A stretch of DNA of 63,047 nucleotides, filler included, from Octopus bimaculoides (lineage: Eukaryota): NCBI RefSeq assembly GCF_001194135.2. It is 8 parts of 7 records of this genome, joined end to end, with 100 filler letters (N's around TTAATTAATTAA, not from the genome) between each part and the next. Parts side by side here need not be neighbours in the genome. Positions count along the whole stretch, not along the records: positions 40,734 to 56,389 come from NC_068982.1; positions 56,490 to 60,736 come from NC_068998.1; positions 60,837 to 63,047 come from NW_026439556.1; 5 more parts are not named here. One strand, written 5' to 3'. Position numbers and translations under genes: made by a program. The notes under the pieces are model-generated. The model had not been told where the DNA came from, ran no database searches, and saw only the letters and a program-made list of their open reading frames with translations. Each line of letters opens with the position of its first letter. The first letter of the stretch is position 1. Positions 53,190-63,047 of the stretch are shown piece after piece.

Positions 53190-54060
53190 ATAGAAAAAGA
53201 ACTGGTTTCTAACCTAGATCCAAGGTTCCTTCATTGGAATTTTAACATCAACAACAGGATATTTTTGTATGTATGTATGTATGTATGTATGTATGTACGT
53301 ATGTATGCATATATGTATGTTTGTTTGTATATATGTATTTATGTGTAGATTTGTATGTTTTATGTATGTACACTCATTCATAGAATTACATATCTAGACA
53401 TGCTCATATATATTTAAAGGACAAACTTCTGGAAAGTTTTACAGATTTATAGTTCCAGTAATGGAATAGATCTGTAGCCTTCGAATTTGCTTTCTCCTTT
53501 CTGGTTTTGAGAAGCCTAATTTCTCAAGATTGGTATTTAGGCAGTGTGTTACATATATCAATAATTACTGGTATAAACCTGAACTTGTAATCTGGGTAGA
53601 TTAACTGTAGATTTATGAATAGTTCAGCATAGGTGTTCCCGCTTTCACAGATCTGTAGCTTTATGTTAACATCCGCTGGTCAGCTAATCTCCACAACTGT
53701 GCACAGTTTCTCTTCTCTATCCCAAATCATTATATCAGTTCTGTTGTGCTTACATTTTATTGAGGTCTTCACTGGTACATTCCACTAGTATTCCTTTTCA
53801 TTATGAGTGACTATGGCTTCTACCATATTGTAGGTTTTTATTTCTATGTACTCGGAATTATCCTTCTGACGGATTTCATTATAGAGTGTCCTAGCTACAA
53901 CATCATGCCTCATCGGTAGATAATATCGTGATAACATTTTCGGATAACTGCTTATGATGTGGGTGATATCTTCAGTGTGAACTCCGCAAAGTCTGCATCG
54001 GTTGTCACATTTTATGGCTTTTGCTGCAAGAAGAGCACAAGATGTATACACTGACAGGGG
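53190..54060 (-). mobile_element. R4/Dong-clade non-LTR retrotransposon 3' fragment (CCHC knuckle plus restriction-like endonuclease)
   Basis: CRLCGVHTEDITHIISS.PKM.SRYYLPMRHDVVA, then WNVPVKTSIKCKHNRTDIMIWD...VVEIS.PAD, the ORF C-terminus and a microsatellite tail. Confidence 0.85.
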
Positions 54061-54308
54061 AGATAGCTGCCCCCATAACCGTCTCTAGAATCACTTGATT
54101 AGACTAGTTTTACCTATTGCGGATACAATAGTCGATGGTTTGGCTAAATCCAGCTGCCAGTATAGATGTTTACCATAAAAATTTATAGCTGATTTAGTGA
54201 AATGCTAATGTTTATAATAAAAATTAATATAAACAGCTAGATGTAATATTATACCATAAAGGAAACATTTATCGTCAGTAAATGTGACTAAGATTTGTTC
54301 CTTTATAG

Positions 54309-54377
<69 letters not shown>

Positions 54378-55746
54378 CGTGTGTGTGTGTGTGCGTCTAC
54401 ATGTGTGTGTGAATAGATAGATAACGTGATGCCTAATTTGACGATGATTCTCTTGATCTTGATCTTCATTATGACGATCAGAATCAGATTGAGGCTGATA
54501 ATTTTTACACACGTTAGAGCCCTTCAGAGAAACATGAAACAGGACATTTTCTGACATTCATGAAGCGTTCCAAAATCATTAAGCAACACAAGCAAAACAC
54601 TTCCAACTGGAAACGGGACTTGATTACAATTTTAGGTTTTTAAAAAATTTACTCGAACAATCAAAAAGATAAGTATACAGAACTGAGCGTTTAGTGTGTG
54701 TGTAGAATCACGTGTGCAATGACTTCATCGTAGTTTATATGTAAATCCGTTACCTCTCAACGCCATCTTTATTTCAATCTCTCCCACCTTGCGTTTCTTT
54801 TCTTACTCTCTTGCCATCAACAAGCATGCACGTAGACACACGCACTAACGCACAACACGCACGCACACACACACACACACACATATATACATACACATAT
54901 ATGTGAGTATATATATATACATACATGCGTGTATATATATATGTGTATATATATAAATATATANNNNNNNNNNNNNNNNNNNNNNNNNNNNNNNNNNNNN
55001 NNNNNNNNNNNNNNNNNNNNNNNNNNNNNNNNNNNNNNNNNNNNNNNNNNNNNNNNNNNNNNNNNNNNNNNNNNNNNNNNNNNNNNNNNNNNNNNNNNNN
55101 NNNNNNNNNNNNNNNNNNNNNNNNNNNNNNNNNNNNNNNNNNNNNNNNNNNNNNNNNNNNNNNNNNNNNNNNNNNNNNNNNNNNNNNNNNNNNNNNNNNN
55201 NNNNNNNNNNNNNNNNNNNNNNNNNNNNNNNNNNNNNNNNNNCACACACACACACATATATACATACACATATATGTGAGTATATATATATACGTGTATG
55301 TATATCTGTGTATATACACATATACACAGAGATTTACATAGATTTACATCTATATGTACACGCATATATGTACAGACATATACATGTGTGGGCGCGAGCG
55401 CGCGTGTCCTGCGTGTGTCTGTGTCTGTGTTTGTGAGAAAGAATACGTATGCATGCATATTTTCAATTGTGTATATGTGCATTTAACAACAACGTCAATA
55501 TGTTGTCTTCCTTTCAATGCAGAGTCCATTCAAGACAACGCAATTGCCAAATATATTAGAGTTCGATAGTTAAACATGTCTTGGCATGGAAAAGAACTCG
55601 ATTAGGCATTTGTCTTGAACGTCATTTAAACCAATAGGTTTACGCACAAAGGAACACATACACACACGTGTACGTGTGTGTGCATGTATGTGATTGTATA
55701 TGTGTGCGTGTATAAATATACACATATGAATAAAAACTCATATATG

Positions 55747-55778
<32 letters not shown>

Positions 55779-55834
55779 TATATGTCACGTCCTCACTTTG
55801 TTGTTTTTTTTGTTTTTTTGTTATTGTTTTTTTG

Positions 55835-55906
<72 letters not shown>

Positions 55907-55921
55907 GTATAAATATATATG

Positions 55922-55956
<35 letters not shown>

Positions 55957-56099
55957 GTATATATAGAGATGCATACATATGCATATATGTAAATACACAC
56001 AGACACATACGTATATAGACACACATATTCATGTACTGTTATGTACACATTACATATACGCACATGTACATATATATATTTGTGTGTGTGTGTGTGTGG

Positions 56100-56161
<62 letters not shown>

Positions 56162-57082
56162 CCATTCAGTGCAGCTAGGCATATTCCGCTCTACTATGGC
56201 TCCGATTCAATTCTGTACTACATGATGAAATGAGTGATGTCGCCGGTGAAAAATCATAAAAAAGAAAAAAAAAACAAGAAATAGAGACAAATCGAAGATC
56301 GCCCGCCATCGTCACCTACCAACAAACATAGCACTCCCTATACACAGCTCGTATTAGCACCCATCATATTCCTAACAACATTTCCGCTANNNNNNNNNNN
56401 NNNNNNNNNNNNNNNNNNNNNNNNNNNNNNNNNTTAATTAATTAANNNNNNNNNNNNNNNNNNNNNNNNNNNNNNNNNNNNNNNNNNNNTATACATATAT
56501 ATGTATATATACTACATACATGCATATATGACAGGCTTCTTTCAGTTTCGATCTTCGCAATCCACTCACAAGGCTTTGGTCAGCCCAAGGCTATATAATA
56601 GAAGACACCTGCCCAAGGTGCCCAAGGTGCCATACAGTGGAACTGAACCAAAAACTGTACAGTTGCAAAGTGAATTTCATAACCACACAACCTACAATAA
56701 TGTTTTTCTTAATCATGATAATGTTTATATGTATATATGTATGTATGTATGTATGTATATGTATGTATATGTATGTATATAAAATCAAAATAAGCAACAA
56801 GGATATCCAAAGTTAATGCAGTACGATCGTTTCATGCGGCTCCATTTAATTAGTGTATGTGTGTATCTGCTTGTGTCTGTTTGTCCCACACCTCTGCTTG
56901 ACAACCAGCTTCAGTTTATTCACACCCTTGTAACTTAGCAGTTCAGCAAAAAGAGATCAATGCAATAAGTATCGGGCATGAAAAGAAAAGTACTGGAGTC
57001 GATTCATTCAAGTAAGAAATTCTTCAAGGCATTGCCCCAGCATGGGCACAGTTTAATGACTGACACAAATAGTGAGTAAAAG

Positions 57083-57118
<36 letters not shown>

Positions 57119-57554
57119 TTGAATTCATTAGTCAACTCATTCTTGTTATTGTTTAGTTTTTTTTGTGTCTTTTTCTTTCTTTCTTTTTTTTCTTTTTTTA
57201 AAATTAAATTTTTGAAAATCTCATTTCAAACCAGAAAAATGACATGTCTGTGTATGTGTGTTTCTCTGTAAGTATGCATGCGTAATGCGTGTGTTTGTAT
57301 GTGTGCATGTCTGTGCATGTCTGTGTAATGTGCATATGTTGTTTTGTGTCTATGCATGTGTTTGTACATGCTTTTGTGTGTGTGCGTGTGTGTGTGTGTG
57401 TGTGTGTGCATATGTATGTACATGCTGGTGTGTATGCATGCGTATGTATGTGCCTGTGTGTGTGTATGTGTTTCCATGTGTGTGTATCTCTGTATATATG
57501 TATCTTTGCATATGTGTGTACATGCTTATCTGTGCGCATGTGTGTGTGCATATA

Positions 57555-57633
<79 letters not shown>

Positions 57634-57692
57634 CTATCTATCTATATATATATATGTTTGTGAATATATATATGTATATATATGTGTATGTG

Positions 57693-57727
<35 letters not shown>

Positions 57728-59350
57728 GTGTGTGTATATAAATGTGTGTGTGTATATATGTATGTGCGTGTGTATATATATGTGTGTGTGGGTATGTATT
57801 TATGAGCATGTATGCTAACATATGTATGTATATCTATGTGTATATGATAACAAAACATAGCTAATGGATTTTTGAGGGGGTTTTTTGTTTTACATTTTTT
57901 GTTTTTTTGTTTTTTCTTGTAATCTGGTATTGTATTTTTATCATAAATAATAAGAATGATAAGTTATTTAATCTCAGTGGAACAACTGAGATTTTTACTT
58001 GCAATCAACAATGAAAATGAAAATTATTATAGTTAAAAATACTAGTAATAACTTAATATTAATGTTTGACACACTAATACAAAGCAAATGTTTGCGGAGG
58101 GGGGGGGGGCTTGTTTGTATATGCATGTCTGTGACGTGTGTGTGTGTGTGTGTGTGTATGAACTTGTGTGGATGTGTCTATATGTGTGTGTGTGAGTGTA
58201 TATATGTGTGCATGTTTCTATATTCGAGCAGGAGTGTATGTGTATGTGTATGTGTCCGTGTACACATGTGTATACATATGCGTATGTATGTGTATGTGTG
58301 TGTGAGTGTGTGTGTGTGTGTCAGTGTATGTGGGTATTATTAGTGTATGCATGTGTGTGCGTGAAATAAGTTGTCCATCAGTTTTATGTGAAAGATGGAA
58401 GATATCAATTGAATCTGGTTGTTTTCACTTTCTTTGTTATTTATTTGAAATTAAACATTTATTTTTAAATATGAAGTTTACATTAATTTCAAATTAATGA
58501 TGGTGGTGGATGTGGCGGCGGCGGCGNNNNNNNNNNNNNNNNNNNNNNNNNNNNNNNNNNNNNNNNNNNNNNNNNNNNNNNNNNNNNNNNNNNNNNNNNN
58601 NNNNNNNNNNNNNNNNNNNNNNNNNNNNNNNNNNNNNNNNNNNNNNNNNNNNNNNNNNNNNNNNNNNNNNNNNNNNNNNNNNNNNNNNNNNNNNNNNNNN
58701 NNNNNNNNNNNNNNNNNNNNNNNNNNNNNNNNNNNNNNNNNNNNNNNNNNNNNNNNNNNNNNNNNNNNNNNNNNNNNNNNNNNNNNNNNNNNNNNNNNNN
58801 NNNNNNNNNNNNNNNNNNNNNNNNNNNNNNNNNNNNNNNNNNNNNNNNNNNNNNNNNNNNNNNNNNNNNNNNNNNNNNNNNNNNNNNNNNNNNNNNNNNN
58901 NNNNNNNNNNNNNNNNNNNNNNNNNNNNNNNNNNNNNNNNNNNNNNNNNNNNNNNNNNNNNNNNNNNNNNNNNNNNNNNNNNNNNNNNNNNNNNNNNNNN
59001 NNNNNNNNNNNNNNNNNNNNNNNNNNNNNNNNNNNNNNNNNNNNNNNNNNNNNNNNNNNNNNNNNNNNNNNNNNNNNNNNNNNNNNNNNNNNNNNNNNNN
59101 NNNNNNNNNNNNNNNNNNNNNNNNNTGTAAATTCTTTTCCTAATTTAAAAAAAAACAGGGATTTACATACTGCTCTTTATTTAAAGTTTATCTGATCAAT
59201 ATTTCTTCTTTTCCCAATAATAAACTGTATTATTAAAGAGATGCCTGTGGTTTAAGGGATAAACCAGTCATTTTGAGGTAGGATTAACATTGAGGAAAAA
59301 CATCAAAAGAATTCCTGCCTTGCACATTCCACCTTTTGTATATTTATAAC

Positions 59351-59475
59351 TGTGGAGGCGCAATGGCCCAGTGGTTAGAGCAGCGGACTCGCGATCATAG
59401 GATCGCGGTTTCGATTCCCACACCAGGCGTTGTGATTATTTATTGAGTGAAAACACCTAAAGCTCCACAAGGCAG
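59351..59475 (+). mobile_element. SINE 5' tRNA-like head (second family, truncated)
   Basis: tgtggaggcgcaatggcccagtggttagagcagcggactcgcg...ggtttcgattccc. Confidence 0.8.
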
Positions 59476-59518
59476 TGGTGGTGGTGTTGGTGGTGGTGAT
59501 GATGTATATATATACATA

Positions 59519-60365
59519 CAAGTTGTTCTGGCTAAATTTGACATTTCGCAGAAAAAAAAAAAACATTATCTCCCACCCAAAATTAGAAAAATCAGAATTT
59601 TAAAAGATCAAAAATTATCAACTAGATTATGGGCTGGGAGATAACAGTTTTCCCCAAAGTAGCCACCATCAGCTTCCACCATTGCCTCAAGATGGCTCCA
59701 GGGCCACATGCATGTATTTCTCATAGTGTGCCTGGGAATATCTTAGGTCACCTCCTTGATCTAGGCTGCCAACTCAGCCTTTGTGTTGGTGTCGCCCTCA
59801 ACCATGCCCCACACATAGTAATCCATGAGATTAAGTGACCAGAAATTGGAGCTGGTGGATTTGTAGAAATTTTCCAACAATCACTTTTGACTCTTTATGG
59901 AGGTATGGCAAGGAGCCGACTCCTGATGCTACACATATGGCATTCCAGTAGCAATCCTCTCCATCCAGGGTTTGACCAGTCTTCAGCGGTTTCACAGAGT
60001 CATCTGAATTGAGCCTAAGCCCTGGTCAAAGATGTGTGGAAGCATGATGTCACCTTGACTAGAGACACACCCAAAGACATCACAGTTTGGGGGAACTTGA
60101 TTTTTCATGATATCTATGTCATGTCTTATAGCCTTTATTGTGTTCACAGAGCATTGTGCAGCAGTCATGATGTTGGCATTTTGATACCTGTGGCATGAAC
60201 CACCATGGTACAGGATAGCTTCCGATCCTCTGTGTCAGCTAACTTTTTCTCAACTACAACTCTAATCTTTCTGCTCTCCAATGTAGTTGACAGTTTACAG
60301 TATATCAAGTTGTTCCTGGAAAAAGGTGACAAAAAAAATTCCTTAAATTTAGCCCAAACACCCTG
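59519..60365 (-). mobile_element. Internally deleted Tc1/mariner-superfamily transposon (maT/DD37D-like)
   Basis: TA-flanked TIRs ca.g.tgtt..ggctaaattt. Minus-strand VKPWMERIA...HQESAPCHTS...NLMDYYVWGMVE. Confidence 0.75.
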
Positions 60366-60539
60366 TACATACATACATACATATCATTTAAATACATATA
60401 TATATATATATGTGTGTGTGTATGTGTGTGTGTGTGTGTGTGTGTGTATATAAGTTTATCATTTAAGTAAATATGAGAATATCTAGATATACAAGTATAT
60501 GCATAAGAAGACATACATAAAACAAAACATACATACATG

Positions 60540-60570
<31 letters not shown>

Positions 60571-60643
60571 ATATCTAAATGAAGGCATGCACGAATGTTA
60601 CATATGTATGTATAAATATATGCAAATATCTAACATATTTATA

Positions 60644-60681
<38 letters not shown>

Positions 60682-61608
60682 CATGTGTGTGTGCGTGCAT
60701 GTGTGTGTGCGTGTGTGCGTGCGTGTGTGTGTGTGTNNNNNNNNNNNNNNNNNNNNNNNNNNNNNNNNNNNNNNNNNNNNTTAATTAATTAANNNNNNNN
60801 NNNNNNNNNNNNNNNNNNNNNNNNNNNNNNNNNNNNATATTTATATAAATATACATACAATACACATATAGATATATTTAGGGATGTATATAGCTACAAA
60901 AGCAAAATATATTCCGAAGATAAACGCGTATGTGCTAGTACATATATAATGTATATATTGACAAATAAATTTACTTTTGCGTGGAGTATAAAAATTACAG
61001 AAGACTAAAGTCGGATACATCGATTTTAATTCGACGGCTGTTTCTGGAAGATCGAATTAATAGTTATGATGTTCCTAACTGGGAAATAGAATGCAGAAAG
61101 AGTCGTGGATATGCACTCGTAGATGGATGCAGAGAAGCATTAGCGTAATACCGGCTACCTTCGTCTGGAGGGGAAGAATGGCAGATAACAATTTATATTG
61201 TGTTGCGAAAGATTTAAATTAGATAGATAGACAGACAGAAAGACAGACAGACAGATAGCTAGATAGATAGATGCGTAAATGTATGTGAGTGTGTGGTTGC
61301 GTGTTCCCCCACTATTTCTATATTCTTATAGAAGGAGAGCAATGTATTTATGCTTGCCTTTTACGCACGTGAGCTGAATTGGTACCATACTTGCTGTATT
61401 ACATAAAAGACACGACCTCAGTATTTCTGTCAAGCTGATGAAGACACCTGATGATTATATATCATAAAAGCACATGGAATTTAAGTCTTATATAAAAAAA
61501 AACTTACTGCGAAGGATGCGAGGAATAGTAATACTTATAATCTACGACCGTATTTCTTTCTCAATTTCTTATTTACATGTATATATTCTTCTATAGAAGG
61601 ACATATAC

Positions 61609-61651
<43 letters not shown>

Positions 61652-61959
61652 CATTTTCATTTTCATTTTCTAAATATAATATACAAAGTGTGTGTGTAAG
61701 AGAGAGAGGTATGTACGTATGTGTGCGTGTGATGTTTGTGTGTGTGTGTCATGTATAGATGTAGAGCCGATATTGTACGCATCAACAGACCTAAGCACCT
61801 TGCCTATATACACAGTATATTCGAAGCCATTAATGACTGAGTAACCCCATTTAACTGTCCTTACATTGACCAATTAGCATGGAAGTAAAGCATTCTTGGT
61901 ACCGGTCTGGTTTTATTGAAGGATGTCTGTAAAACTTCAGAAATATCACTTTTTAACAC

Positions 61960-62150
61960 CGACATTGAAGTACTGAAGCATTGAACCACATTGAACTAAT
62001 GTGGTATTGAACCTCTGTGAACCACATTGAATAACATTGATCCACAGTGAACCACTGTGACATTGAAGCACTGTGACCTTGAACCACTTTGAACCACTGT
62101 AAGCCATATTGAACTATATTGAACCACTGTGAATCACATGGAACCACATT
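61960..62150 (+). repeat. ~10-bp minisatellite (attgaaccac-like units)
   Basis: Repeated ttgaaccaca/tgaaccactg variants. Confidence 0.8.
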
Positions 62151-62434
62151 AAGCCAGCGTGGCATCGAACTACTGAGAAATGAGTCTTGCCCCGCATATT
62201 CAACAATGCATGTAACATTAGTAGGCAATCCAGTACCATTTCCTTGAAGTTAGGCGTCTAGTGTTAGTATATAATGGAAACGGTTCTAGCTGATTTGAAC
62301 TCGATACATTTCGTTCGACTTTGCAGTAACATATTCTCTCGACCACACTACCTAAAATGTAGTGATTAATGACGATCATGAAAATTAACATCAACAGATA
62401 CGCGTTTATGTTCACATATATATATATATATACG

Positions 62435-62470
<36 letters not shown>

Positions 62471-63047
62471 TATATATAGTCATTACACTTTATAGCGATG
62501 TGTGTGTTATGGTGTGAACATCTTTAAGTAACTGTAACTCTCTCTACATAACGGCACTGTGTACAAAGCGATTTATTGGATTAGTGAAATAATATATAGA
62601 GACAAGGAAAAAAAAACTATATAAACACACAGAAAAAACACAAACACACAAAAAAGGAACACCTTGTATGTACACAAATATTTATTTCCTGAGAATCTAA
62701 AGAGTTCAACGCTATTTATCGGAAGCAAATATTAACTTTCTGATTGATCATATCATCTGTTTTTGTTTTGCTTTTTTATTCTAGTTTTTGTTTATCTATT
62801 TTAGTTATTTATTTATTGTTAATTTCTGTATTCGTTTTTCTTTTTTTTTTTTTTTTTTTTTTGGTTTTTACTTTTCATTTCTGCTGTTTAGTTCGTAAAT
62901 CACTTTTCCATTTTATTTCATGTTTATTTATTCATTTATTTATTTATTTTACTATCCTAATGTATTCATAACAATACGTTTACTATAAATATATCTTTTA
63001 TTTTAAAGTAAAATATTTACCGATTCATGTGTTCATAAATAAATATT

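Noticed and set aside
62218-62415. ORF ending WYWIAY* resembling a Cys-loop C-terminus
   Set aside because: No hydrophobic M4 helix or ID..SR..FP motif precedes it, and it lies upstream of the M1-M3 exon.

Overview
Repeat-rich, gappy eukaryotic scaffold. The repeat families and microsatellite load look like an octopod cephalopod (inference, not verified). Seven artificial 100-bp gaps (44 N + TTAATTAATTAA + 44 N) cut the window into eight blocks, so block order and orientation are uncertain. The only firm host coding sequence is a minus-strand exon (9937-10310) encoding the end of loop C plus M1-M3 of an anion-selective Cys-loop channel (glycine receptor/GluCl-like, PAR motif). It has unusual residues: Val in place of the loop-C aromatic, Lys at M2 15', Ile at 19'. 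A probable signal-peptide first coding exon of a second minus-strand gene lies at 6112-6212. The rest is microsatellites, tRNA-type SINEs, Tc1/mariner relics, RTE and R4/Dong LINE fragments, and several Penelope-like element (PLE) relics. The main non-coding signal is a set of hammerhead-ribozyme folds. There are minimal PLE-type ones (6.6-6.8, 28.5, 42.8 kb) and two sequence-diverged but structurally conserved extended type-I hammerheads (29.3, 52.4 kb) that share a downstream covarying hairpin. A CpG-depleted block (~14.3-34 kb) ends at a motif-rich promoter-like island at ~34.2 kb. No CRISPR, rRNA or true tRNA genes were seen.
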